Origin: an uncultured virus (IMG/VR IMGVR_UViG_3300042477_000341)
Taxonomy: Duplodnaviria; Heunggongvirae; Uroviricota; Caudoviricetes
Length of the DNA: 64,000 nucleotides
Reading direction: 5' to 3' (one strand)
IMG/VR virus record: IMGVR_UViG_3300042477_000341
Shown: piece by piece, positions 11,768 to 21,123 of the stretch
Numbering within the stretch: position 1 is the first letter of the stretch
How the letters are laid out: every line of letters starts with the position of its first letter
Program-made: the position numbers and the translations under genes
Notes under the pieces: model-generated
The model's input: only the letters and a program-made list of their open reading frames with translations
The model's database searches: none
Told to the model about the DNA's origin: nothing

Positions 11768-12703
11768 TTAAGCTTTTACCCAATAGGTAATTTTACAGAT
11801 TCCTGAACCGCCTGTGTTTCCTCCGCCGCCTCCGCCGCCTGAACCAGAGTTTGGCATTGCGTCAGCTCTTTGTGTTCCTATATAATCTCCGTAACCATTT
11901 CCTCCGCCAGCAGATCCTCCGCCTCCAGTACCTCTAGCAGAACCGCCTCCGCCGCCTGCAAGTCCGTAAAGGCCTGGGCCTCCACGTCCACCTGCTGAAC
12001 GTCTATCAGAATCGTTTGAGTTTGCCCATCCTGGTCCTCCACCTGAAGATCCTTCTGAAGAGTTTCTTGATCCGCCAAAATATCCAGAATATCCTCCTGA
12101 GTTAGGCTTTTCAACATGTGGGTATTCTCCTGCTCCGCCTGCGCCTCCGCCGCCTCCGCCGCCTCCCCATGAGTTCTGCCAGTTGCCTTGTCCGCCTCCG
12201 CCTGAGCCAATTCCTGTAATGTTATTTGCTCCTGGACCGCAGTTGCCAGATTGTCCATCACCTTGAGTTGAGCCTCCGCCGTATGCAACCATATAGAATG
12301 GTTGTCCCGAAGTTCCAAATGTTGAGTTTCCACCTTGTGCATTACATGTTCCACCATTTGCAATACCAACTGAGATTCCAGTTCCTGTAGGAATTGAAGA
12401 AACATCAAGCATTCTTTTTAGAAGTTGCCCTGCTCCCCCTCCACCGTGGTTTGTTGAACCATTTGAACATCCGCCGCCTCCGCCGCCTCCTACTAATGTT
12501 ACTTCAATATTTGGTGCGCTATTTGCGGGCCGTACCCATGTTCCACCACTTAAAATTGTAACTTCATATGCGTTATAAAAACCTGAAAGATTTGCTGCAA
12601 TTAACGGAATTGCAATAGATGTTGAAAGAGCTGTTGTTGAAGCTAAAATTTGAGCATCAAGTCCTGGTACGTATATCTGATTAATTGTTCCATATGTTGC
12701 CAT
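11768..12703 (-). CDS. glycine-rich tail fibre-type protein
   Basis: VTLVGGGGGGG...GGSGICKITY; paralogue of 13229-14224. Confidence 0.75.
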   Translation of the reverse strand: MATYGTINQIYVPGLDAQILASTTALSTSIAIPLIAANLSGFYNAYEVTILSGGTWVRPANSAPNIEVTLVGGGGGGGCSNGSTNHGGGGAGQLLKRMLDVSSIPTGTGISVGIANGGTCNAQGGNSTFGTSGQPFYMVAYGGGSTQGDGQSGNCGPGANNITGIGSGGGGQGNWQNSWGGGGGGGGAGGAGEYPHVEKPNSGGYSGYFGGSRNSSEGSSGGGPGWANSNDSDRRSAGGRGGPGLYGLAGGGGGSARGTGGGGSAGGGNGYGDYIGTQRADAMPNSGSGGGGGGGNTGGSGICKITYWVKA

Positions 12704-12948
12704 TATGATATTACCTCAATTTCGTGAGCGCTATGTTCTACTTCATGCTCTGGTTTTGGTCTTACTGATTCTGGTGCCTTAAACTTATTGTCTTCTAATA
12801 CCCACATAATTCCTGGTTGTGGGTTATAGTCTGTAATGTCAATCCGATCTAATCCTGAAAAATCTGGATGAGATTCAATAAAATCTTCTTCTGCAAGAAT
12901 TACATTTCCTATAACGTTATCTACTAATAGTGCCCATACTCTTGACAT
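12703..12948 (-). CDS. small tail-assembly protein
   Basis: 81 aa, translationally coupled; PGIMW motif. Confidence 0.55.
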   Translation of the reverse strand: MSRVWALLVDNVIGNVILAEEDFIESHPDFSGLDRIDITDYNPQPGIMWVLEDNKFKAPESVRPKPEHEVEHSAHEIEVIS

Positions 12949-13226
12949 TATTCTTGACCTCCCGCTAGTGTATCTGCTACTGGTTCTGTAAGAGGAACAA
13001 GGTGCTCTACAACAACATTTGAAATAGGTGGTACTGGCTTAGTCCAGACCTCTGTATCTTTATTGTATGTCCAGCCTGGTGCTGGCTTATCGTCGTAAGC
13101 CCAGTCTGTGTAATCAAAGTGTAAAAGATCTTTTAGGTCTTCATTTGCTTCAATTGCTTCAGGTCCTTCTAGGTTCAATATGTTATGTACTGTTCCATCT
13201 TCATTAATAAATATATAGTCTCTCAT
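12948..13226 (-). CDS. small tail-assembly protein
   Basis: 92 aa; PAPGWTY motif. Confidence 0.55.
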   Translation of the reverse strand: MRDYIFINEDGTVHNILNLEGPEAIEANEDLKDLLHFDYTDWAYDDKPAPGWTYNKDTEVWTKPVPPISNVVVEHLVPLTEPVADTLAGGQE

Positions 13227-13228
13227 AG

Positions 13229-14224
13229 TTATGCCTTAACGTAGTATGTAATAATAGCTACGCCAGCACCTCCTTTAGCGCCAACTCCTGATTGATGGTT
13301 ATTTCCGCCGCCTCCTGAGCCAGTTCCGTCTCTACCTTGACCACCAGAGTTGTCTACTGTTTGTGAGCCTCCAGCTCCGCCTCCACAGGATCCGCCTCCG
13401 CCTGCTCCGCCGCCTCCGCCGCCTCCGCCTGCAATTCCATATTGTCCATCGCCACCTTTTCCGCCAACGCCAATCCATGATGTCCAGCTGTGGTTTGATC
13501 CTACTCCACCTCCAGATGCTCCTGGTCCAAAACCAAATCCTCCAGCATATCCAGAACTACCAGTTCCGTTTGTCTGTGTTGTATTCTTGCCATTTTGTCC
13601 TGCAGATGATGATCCGCCGCCTCCGCCTGCTGCGCCATATTGCCAGTTTCCGCCTGCTCCGCCGCCTCCGCCTGAGCCTCCGCCATTTTGATTGCCCATT
13701 CCTTGGCCCATGCTTCCAGAGTTTCCATTGTTACCAGAACCGTAAGGATAGCCTCCGCCGCCTCCGCCGTATGCAATACAGTAGTACGCATTTCCATTTA
13801 CACCAAATGAAGAGTTTGCTCCATTGTTTCCGTTTGAGTTTCCAGAAACTGCTGGACCACCGTTTCCAATAGTAATTGGAATAGTTCCTCCGACTGGAAC
13901 TGAAGAAATGTCTAACCATCTTTCAATAAGTTGTCCTGCTCCGCCTCCACCAGATCCATTGTGTGACCAAGAGTGCCCAGATCCACCTGAACCTCCACCA
14001 CCGACAAGAACAAGTTTAATAACTGGTCCTGTGTTTGCTGGACGTGTCCAGTTTGAAGAAGAATAAATTCTTGTTTCAAGAGGCATGTACATTGAGCTTA
14101 CTCCACCTGCAGCAATTGCTTGAGCGGTAATACCAGTCTGTAGACCCTGTGTTACAGCAGCATTAATTGTTGTGGTTAGGCCTGGTAAATAAATTGATGA
14201 CGTGGTGTTGGAAACTTGTGACAT
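13229..14224 (-). CDS. glycine-rich tail fibre-type protein
   Basis: LVLVGGGGSGG...GGAGVAIITYYVKA. Confidence 0.75.
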   Translation of the reverse strand: MSQVSNTTSSIYLPGLTTTINAAVTQGLQTGITAQAIAAGGVSSMYMPLETRIYSSSNWTRPANTGPVIKLVLVGGGGSGGSGHSWSHNGSGGGGAGQLIERWLDISSVPVGGTIPITIGNGGPAVSGNSNGNNGANSSFGVNGNAYYCIAYGGGGGGYPYGSGNNGNSGSMGQGMGNQNGGGSGGGGGAGGNWQYGAAGGGGGSSSAGQNGKNTTQTNGTGSSGYAGGFGFGPGASGGGVGSNHSWTSWIGVGGKGGDGQYGIAGGGGGGGGAGGGGSCGGGAGGSQTVDNSGGQGRDGTGSGGGGNNHQSGVGAKGGAGVAIITYYVKA

Positions 14225-14241
14225 TTTATTACTCCTTTAAA

Positions 14242-14562
14242 TTATGATGATGTTATTTTTACGCCTGAAATAAACATCGTCACTGCGTTGTTATTTGAAG
14301 CTTTAACTAGAATACTTTCAGCTGTATTAAGAACTTGCTTAATGTCCAAAGTCATAAATGTCTGTGGTGGAAGACTTAGCTGGTAAGCCAAGAATGTTCC
14401 TGCCATCTTAACATCAAATGTTTGAGCAGCAAGTGTGATGTTTTGTACTGTAATTGATGTAATTACATCTGTTTCTGCTGCTGGAACTGTCCAAACTCCT
14501 ACTTCGGCATTTGTAAGTGTTCCTGCATAAAAACGTGCTGGTAAGCTAACTGTTGTTGGCAT
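14242..14562 (-). CDS. small virion structural protein
   Basis: WTVPAA...KQVLNTAESI...ISGV pattern, similar to the N-terminus of 7719-10112. Confidence 0.6.
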   Translation of the reverse strand: MPTTVSLPARFYAGTLTNAEVGVWTVPAAETDVITSITVQNITLAAQTFDVKMAGTFLAYQLSLPPQTFMTLDIKQVLNTAESILVKASNNNAVTMFISGVKITSS

Positions 14563-14563
14563 T

Positions 14564-14896
14564 TTATATTACTCCCATATTCTGATATATTGTAAAGTTA
14601 TTTAATTCATTTGCAACAGCCGCTACCTGTGTTGCTCCTGCTGCAGCCACTGCGGCTACCTGTGTACTTCCTGCAGCTGACACTGTTGTTACAGCACCAG
14701 TTACAGCATTAGAGATGTCATTAAGTTTTGTATTTGTAGCTGCCAATACGTCGTTGACTCCCAAAAGATTTCCCATTGATTCAATAGCTTTTGCTAAATA
14801 AACCAATTCTTGTGCGCCCAGGTTTGATCCACTAAGGGCTGCTACCTTAGTCTTAAATAGATCTACTTGAGCCGTTAAACTTGCATAATCTGGCAT
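14564..14896 (-). CDS. virion protein, N-terminal paralogue of 16276-16944
   Basis: MPDYASLTAQVDLFKT versus MPDYSTLTSQINQFKT. Confidence 0.65.
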   Translation of the reverse strand: MPDYASLTAQVDLFKTKVAALSGSNLGAQELVYLAKAIESMGNLLGVNDVLAATNTKLNDISNAVTGAVTTVSAAGSTQVAAVAAAGATQVAAVANELNNFTIYQNMGVI

Positions 14897-14933
14897 TATT
14901 GATCACCTCTTTGTATAGTATAGCATAATGACA

Positions 14934-15341
14934 TTATAAAGTGGGCTCCGTAGGATACACAATATTATAGTCTGTTACGGTTTCTGGAAGATCTCTGAGG
15001 GCTTGTCTATAGACTCTCCACTCTTCTTTCTTCTCATCAGACAAATTAGATGTTTCCACCCAGTCTGATAATTTTAATAGGTTGCCTCTTTTGGTTCTAG
15101 CAACTTGCAGTGCTCCGCTTAAATTAATTCCCGCCTGCCAATCGGCATGCTCTTCGTCTGTCATTAATCTAGGCGATCCGTTATTATAAACTAAATGTCT
15201 TTCTCCAGTAAATGTCTCATCTACCTCAAACCACTCTGAACCATCTTCTGTGTTATCAGTTGGAAACTCATGCCATGTTCTAGTCTCAACTTGAATATCA
15301 TATTGAGGGCTAAATCTTGCATATTTTTTAAATTCGTCCAT
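14934..15341 (-). CDS. phage tail assembly chaperone
   Basis: RTKRGNLLKLSDW...WRVYRQALRDLPE...YPTEP. Confidence 0.8.
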   Translation of the reverse strand: MDEFKKYARFSPQYDIQVETRTWHEFPTDNTEDGSEWFEVDETFTGERHLVYNNGSPRLMTDEEHADWQAGINLSGALQVARTKRGNLLKLSDWVETSNLSDEKKEEWRVYRQALRDLPETVTDYNIVYPTEPTL

Positions 15342-16276
15342 TATCTATCTCCATATACTGTTGCAGCATAATTCCAAATTTTATGGGAATCAATTGTTGA
15401 TGTGTAGTTACCATTATTTACTTCGTTATACATTAATGCTGCCTGTGTCAATCTAATGTCAGGCTGAATAAAGTTGTTTGATCCTGTAAATGTGCTTTGC
15501 AGGTTATAGAACGCATTGTTCTCATTCCAGTGGTACTGATTACCAGTATCTGTCCAATATGTAAATGTGTTACACAATAGAACTACACAAGATTCTCCAG
15601 CATTTAAAGTAAATGAGCCAGACATTCCTGAGTTAGACGTATTAGTTCCTGTTAGGGTTGCAAGGTTTGTCCATGACATACCGTTTGCATTTGCGTAATT
15701 CTTACCTGAAGAATAGGTTGGTCTTCCGACTTGAAGTCCCGCTCCGTCGTATCCACTGCACCAGTAGGTTCCAACTAGGCCCCAAACTGAAACAGTCTGG
15801 TTTGTTGGGCCGAAGTTACGAATAAACATTACACGAGAGCCAAATGGACCGTAGCATGTAGTTCTAGGCCATGTGTGCATACGTGAGTTTGATGTTCCGC
15901 ACATATTATTTGTTGCATAGTCTAGGCGCTTATAAGCAGCTGACCAATAAGATTTTCTGTTTTCGTTCATATTTCTATATCCGCCTAATGCATGCCAGAA
16001 TGCTCTTTCGGCATCCCATGGCTGTGTGCCAGTTAGATATGTATAAAAGTTAGTCCAGTCGTCTGAGTTATCCCATGAGTAGTTGTTAAACATTGCATTT
16101 CCACGCATATTAACCGAATAGATAGATGGAATAGAATATGGTCTTCTTGATCCGTCTGTTACTTCTGGGAGAACTGAGCTAAGACCACTTTGAATTCCTA
16201 GGGATGCTGCAGTAATTCCTAATTGTGCTACAGATACTCCTGTTATTGGACCGTTTAAAGCTGAAAAAAGTGCCAT
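15341..16276 (-). CDS. putative virion/receptor-binding protein
   Basis: aromatic/Asn-rich ORF upstream of the chaperone; start moved to MALFSA. Confidence 0.55.
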   Translation of the reverse strand: MALFSALNGPITGVSVAQLGITAASLGIQSGLSSVLPEVTDGSRRPYSIPSIYSVNMRGNAMFNNYSWDNSDDWTNFYTYLTGTQPWDAERAFWHALGGYRNMNENRKSYWSAAYKRLDYATNNMCGTSNSRMHTWPRTTCYGPFGSRVMFIRNFGPTNQTVSVWGLVGTYWCSGYDGAGLQVGRPTYSSGKNYANANGMSWTNLATLTGTNTSNSGMSGSFTLNAGESCVVLLCNTFTYWTDTGNQYHWNENNAFYNLQSTFTGSNNFIQPDIRLTQAALMYNEVNNGNYTSTIDSHKIWNYAATVYGDR

Positions 16277-16944
16277 TATGTTAATACCCATCCTCTCGTT
16301 GCATTAACGTAAACTAAAGTCATAGATGCTGAGTTAACGTTTACTATAAGATCTTCTGCAAGACCTTCAATCTTTTCTGTGTTTCTTGAAACCGTAAAGT
16401 TTGTTGTTGCTGCTGTGCCTGTTGCATCTTTAATTTGAACTGTATATCCCAATGTTGGGCCGAAAGGAAGAGTTACTGTTATTCCACCTTGATTTACAAA
16501 TATTCTTTCATTATTTAACGCTGTGGTATTTGTTGTAGCGATCCGCCATGAAAGAGGTACTGTAGATAAAGATGTCTGAAGAGCAGATACTGTAGATTGA
16601 AGTGTTGTATATTGAACTGAATTTGTATTAACAAATCCTTCAATATTTGTTGTTCTTCCTTGTAGATCTACGATGTCTGCTTCTGCATCTGTTAATCTTG
16701 TTCCATTTGTGCCAGTATTAAAGGCTGTTATGGCTGAATCTTTTGCGGTATTAATTACTGCTATTGCGTCTGTAGTAGCATTGTTAATATCTGCAACACC
16801 TAGGGTGTTGCCCATCTGATTTAATGCCGCTCCGACAAGCTGCAGCTCATTTGCATTTAACGGATCATTAGCATTAGTCATTAAAGCAGTTGCTGCTGTT
16901 TTAAACTGATTAATCTGTGATGTTAATGTTGAGTAATCTGGCAT
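16276..16944 (-). CDS. tail fibre-type protein
   Basis: coiled coil plus ITVTLPFGPTLG...IKDATG...LVYVNATRGW domain. Confidence 0.7.
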   Translation of the reverse strand: MPDYSTLTSQINQFKTAATALMTNANDPLNANELQLVGAALNQMGNTLGVADINNATTDAIAVINTAKDSAITAFNTGTNGTRLTDAEADIVDLQGRTTNIEGFVNTNSVQYTTLQSTVSALQTSLSTVPLSWRIATTNTTALNNERIFVNQGGITVTLPFGPTLGYTVQIKDATGTAATTNFTVSRNTEKIEGLAEDLIVNVNSASMTLVYVNATRGWVLT

Positions 16945-16947
16945 TTT

Positions 16948-19900
16948 TTAGGCCTGCGCTTCCGTCCATGCAAGAACTGCTGAAATGTTGGCCGCTGAAG
17001 AACCAAGATTTGTAGCAACAATTGTAAGGATGTCTGGGGCATTTGGGAAACCTGGTGTAGCAACGCTACCGTCTCCATTTAGAATAGAGTTTCCTAGGTC
17101 TCTTGCCTTTGTAAGATCGATACGTGTTACAGAGTAGTTTGTACCTCCGCCGTTATCTGTGTAGAAAGCAAATACACGGTCTCCTCCAGAAACTGTATTG
17201 GTAGGAGAAAGAACTGGTGATCCAGGGACTCCAGTTCCGTCGTGATAAATAATTTGTGCAAGGGATCCTGATCCCACCCTATCGGTTGCCCATGCATTTG
17301 GAATATTTACACCGTTTAGAGATTGTGCATTTAGAATTCCTTCAACAAGGAACTGTCCTTGTGCAAGAATGTTAACGCTGTATAACTTTAACTGCATGTT
17401 GTTTGACAATTCACGAAGTCCAAAGTTACGTCCAGTACCGTTATCGGCAGATGGCGCAACTCTAAGTGAAATTAGAGGACGTGCCTGCTGTGTTGCTCCA
17501 AACGTCTGTGTTACAGCTCCATTTGGGTTAACCGCAGATGAAGTTTCATCTGGCTGTGCAACAGCATATGAAATTGTATTTGAAGTAACGTTATTTACTA
17601 AAAACGTTCCATTGTAATAGCTTGAAGTTACAGCGGTTGGGCTAGTAAATGATGACACTGCCTGGAATGGAATATTGCTGGAAGATCTAGCAAACAAGAA
17701 TGTTGTAGATGTAACTCCAGTAATTGTCCATGTACCATTAAATACGTTATCAACTCCAGTGACCACTACTGTCTGTCCAACTCTGTGTCTGTGGGCAACA
17801 GATGTTGTAAGGCTTGCTTGGTTATTGGTTAGCTGCTTGTATGTAATTACAGATACATCATTTACACCTGAAACTACTGCGTTGTAACCAGCAAGTAATG
17901 AGTGGGGAGCTGAAGTTGTAATTGTTGCAACTCCTGATGTTCTTACTCTAGAAACAATAGTTGCTGAAACGGATCCAGAACCACCGACCTGTAAGTAGCG
18001 CTGCATACCAGCTGTAAAGATAAAGGAAGCATCATCATCAAAGCCTCCATCCATAATTACTGAAGATCCCCAGTGGCTCATAACTGGAGCACATTCTTGA
18101 GAAATAACTTGAACTGAAACTTGTGCAGATCCTGATCCTCCAGGAATAGTTGAGTCTGGTCTAAAAGTTGCTGCGATATAAGTTCCATTAAGGCTATAAG
18201 CTGATCCTGCATAATATGTAACATAAGGCTGTCTACGAATAAGATTCATAGCGTATCCCTTTGCAGTATTATTGTATGCACCAATTGATGTATATCGTGC
18301 AATTTCACAATAATTTTCATCTTGAATTCTAATAAATCCACTTGCTGGCCAGTAGTCTACATTATCAATATACATTACTGTGTCTTGTGGAAGAAGATTG
18401 GATCCTCTTACTGCCGTTCCTCCTGCAACTAGCTTTGAAAACTTTGTTGGTTCGTTAATTGCTTCATATCTAGCTGGTAGGTTACCAGATCTTTGATATG
18501 CGGCAAGGTTATTATTGTTATTAGAAATTTCATGACACCAGGTAATTTTTCCGCCTTGGCCTCTAAATCCATATCTAATTGTTCCTGCTCCGTACCAGGA
18601 GTAGTCAATATATGTCATTTGCATTTTTGATGGATCAAATACGTGTCCTGATGGACCGCTTCCATCAAACTTGTCTAGGTTCCACTCCGACTGCTTAATT
18701 TTAATAATTTGAGTCTTGCGAACCTTAACGCTTGTTTGGCTTGCTCCACGATAGGCGGGAGCAATTGTCAAAGAAGAATCTGAAGCAATTTGAAGAACTC
18801 TGTAAGACTGTCCACGGATTACAATTTTATCTCCTGAAACTAATTGCTTTCTAAAGATTGTTCCGCTTCCTGTTACTGTTGAGTTAAACTTAGTTACAGA
18901 AACATTTCCTCTAAGTACCTGTGTTGACCATTGACGACAAGCAAATATACCTTGTCCATCATATTCAAAAAAGAATCCATCTTGTTCTGAATAAAGGCCA
19001 GCTCTTGTTGATGCACCCTTCCAAATATAAGCTGTACAAAATACATTTACTCCGCCTGGGATTTGATCAATTGCTGATAATGTTTGTGTAAATACAACAT
19101 TGTATTTAAATGTTGTAGCATCAATAATTGATGTTACAAGATGAATTCCGTTAAATGGATTATAGGAACCAGAAGTTTCTGTTCCTTCAATTTTAACGTA
19201 TGCTCCTGGCTGTAAGTTATGAGAATTAAGTGTAGTTACAGTGATGTCTTGTGATCCTGGAACTAGTCCTGCAGATGCTAAATATTCTACCTGGAATGTA
19301 GGTGTAAACTTTGTTCCTGTTGAGAACTGAATTGACTTACCAGACTGGTATCTAAAGTATCTACGTGTTTGACGCATTGTTTGTGTACCGCACACATTGT
19401 TTCCTGTAGACATAATAACTCCACCGTCATGTGGTCTATGGTTTACATATCCTTCAGGCTTTGCATAAAATCCTTGATCAAGTGTGTTAATTGGATTATT
19501 AATTTGTCCATTTGCCATAAATGACATTGAGTTTGGTGTGTCTACAGTGTCAATAAAGAAGCTTCCAAAGAAGTTGCTTCCTTCTTTTTGTGTAACAAGA
19601 ATTGGTGTTCCTGGAAGAAGTCCGTGTGGCTTTGGTGAAACTACTGTAATTCTTGAAGGTGTAGCCTGATCTGATACTGCAGAAAATGTTCCAAGCTGTC
19701 CTACAACTCCGCCCATAATATGTGCGTTATCAAAAATTCCTCCGCCGTAAATTGATGTCAGTGTTCCATCTTGAATAGGACCATTTACAACACCTTTTGC
19801 TGTATATGTAAATGTTGTTGCTCCAGTTGGGAAGCATAGGAATGTTCCATCCGCATTATCTGAAGTTGTTTCTTGAACTGATATAACATCTCCTGAGCTT

Positions 19901-20454
19901 AATCCGTGTGGTGAATTACATGTAACAGTTATTGTAGATAATGGAGCAACTCCATTTCCTTGAATTAGCTGTATATCAATTGCGTTTCCACCAGTGGATC
20001 TTCCAAAGAATCCTGGATAGTTTTGAATCATTGTAAGTGTTTCCCACTTAGAGTTCTGAATACCATACTCAAAGTCAGTATCAATAAGGGATACTGGGTT
20101 TGCTGTACGAAGCTTTCCTACCGCATCTACCAAATAGTCTGCTGGCTCAAATGCTTCATTTTCTGTATCATAAACAATTTGCCAATCATCTGTAGGCAAC
20201 ATTGTAGATGTGTTGTACTTTAATACTAATATTGTTTTTCCGTGAGCAGCATCATGATATGGGTCTGAAGCAGGAGTAGAAAATGAGTGACTATATAATC
20301 CTAGGGCAGGATCAGCAAAATTGTAAACAATCTTGTTAGCTGTTGTATTTGTAATTAACAGTAATTTTTCTCTGCGAATTAGCTTAGGAATAGTTAATGT
20401 TCCTGTGCCTGGTACAAAATCAATATCTGTTAAACTTAAAATTTTTCTTGCCAT
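16948..20454 (-). CDS. large virion structural (baseplate/fibre) protein
   Basis: 1168 aa; repeated T..PHGL..GD / TFTY beta modules; RYFRYQSGK and YSWYGAG motifs. Confidence 0.75.
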   Translation of the reverse strand: MARKILSLTDIDFVPGTGTLTIPKLIRREKLLLITNTTANKIVYNFADPALGLYSHSFSTPASDPYHDAAHGKTILVLKYNTSTMLPTDDWQIVYDTENEAFEPADYLVDAVGKLRTANPVSLIDTDFEYGIQNSKWETLTMIQNYPGFFGRSTGGNAIDIQLIQGNGVAPLSTITVTCNSPHGLSSGDVISVQETTSDNADGTFLCFPTGATTFTYTAKGVVNGPIQDGTLTSIYGGGIFDNAHIMGGVVGQLGTFSAVSDQATPSRITVVSPKPHGLLPGTPILVTQKEGSNFFGSFFIDTVDTPNSMSFMANGQINNPINTLDQGFYAKPEGYVNHRPHDGGVIMSTGNNVCGTQTMRQTRRYFRYQSGKSIQFSTGTKFTPTFQVEYLASAGLVPGSQDITVTTLNSHNLQPGAYVKIEGTETSGSYNPFNGIHLVTSIIDATTFKYNVVFTQTLSAIDQIPGGVNVFCTAYIWKGASTRAGLYSEQDGFFFEYDGQGIFACRQWSTQVLRGNVSVTKFNSTVTGSGTIFRKQLVSGDKIVIRGQSYRVLQIASDSSLTIAPAYRGASQTSVKVRKTQIIKIKQSEWNLDKFDGSGPSGHVFDPSKMQMTYIDYSWYGAGTIRYGFRGQGGKITWCHEISNNNNNLAAYQRSGNLPARYEAINEPTKFSKLVAGGTAVRGSNLLPQDTVMYIDNVDYWPASGFIRIQDENYCEIARYTSIGAYNNTAKGYAMNLIRRQPYVTYYAGSAYSLNGTYIAATFRPDSTIPGGSGSAQVSVQVISQECAPVMSHWGSSVIMDGGFDDDASFIFTAGMQRYLQVGGSGSVSATIVSRVRTSGVATITTSAPHSLLAGYNAVVSGVNDVSVITYKQLTNNQASLTTSVAHRHRVGQTVVVTGVDNVFNGTWTITGVTSTTFLFARSSSNIPFQAVSSFTSPTAVTSSYYNGTFLVNNVTSNTISYAVAQPDETSSAVNPNGAVTQTFGATQQARPLISLRVAPSADNGTGRNFGLRELSNNMQLKLYSVNILAQGQFLVEGILNAQSLNGVNIPNAWATDRVGSGSLAQIIYHDGTGVPGSPVLSPTNTVSGGDRVFAFYTDNGGGTNYSVTRIDLTKARDLGNSILNGDGSVATPGFPNAPDILTIVATNLGSSAANISAVLAWTEAQA

Positions 20455-20466
20455 AGTTGTTTTCTC

Positions 20467-21087
20467 CTAGAATATCATGCTTGTTGCTAAAAGTGTTGCA
20501 TTTTGCTGGGTCATATTTGTTAAGAACTCGTACTTTGGATAGTATACACCAAGATTGAGTATCTGGTCTGCTTTCCAACTGTCTAGCTCTGTTATTACAT
20601 TTTGTACTGCTGTTTCTCCCGCTGGTCCTGTTGCACCTTGGGGTCCTGTAATACCTTGTGCGCCTGCTGCTCCTACTGGTCCCTTTAAGTTTCCTTGAAG
20701 AACCCATGTAGTGTTTGAAGAGTTATATTGAAAATAATCTCCAGTTGTTGTATTTAAATATGTGTCTAATCCTAGCTTGCTTGCTGGGTTTGATCCTGTT
20801 GGATTAGCGATTCCTGTAAATGTATAAGAACCTCTTTGTCCCGCCACACCTTGTGATCCTGCAGCACCTGCTGCGCCAGTTGGTCCTGCTGGAATTTGAA
20901 AATTAAATATTGCAGCTGATGATGTTCCACCATTTACAATTGATGCTGCTGTTCCTGCTGCAACAGTTGTAACTGTTCCTACAGAAATAGTTGCCGCAGA
21001 ACCTGTAGGTCCTGTTGCACCTTGGGGTCCTGGTCTTGAACCAGCGACGGTGACCCATGAGGTACCGTTCCATCTTTTTAGTGACAT
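20467..21087 (-). CDS. collagen-containing virion protein
   Basis: G-X-Y repeats; DTYLNTTTGDYFQY. Confidence 0.7.
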   Translation of the reverse strand: MSLKRWNGTSWVTVAGSRPGPQGATGPTGSAATISVGTVTTVAAGTAASIVNGGTSSAAIFNFQIPAGPTGAAGAAGSQGVAGQRGSYTFTGIANPTGSNPASKLGLDTYLNTTTGDYFQYNSSNTTWVLQGNLKGPVGAAGAQGITGPQGATGPAGETAVQNVITELDSWKADQILNLGVYYPKYEFLTNMTQQNATLLATSMIF

Positions 21088-21123
21088 TTTATGACCCTCC
21101 TATCCTAAATTATACCAGAATGG

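Noticed and set aside
13350..14066. Pro-rich and Arg-rich plus-strand ORFs
   Set aside because: Antisense shadows of the Gly-rich gene.
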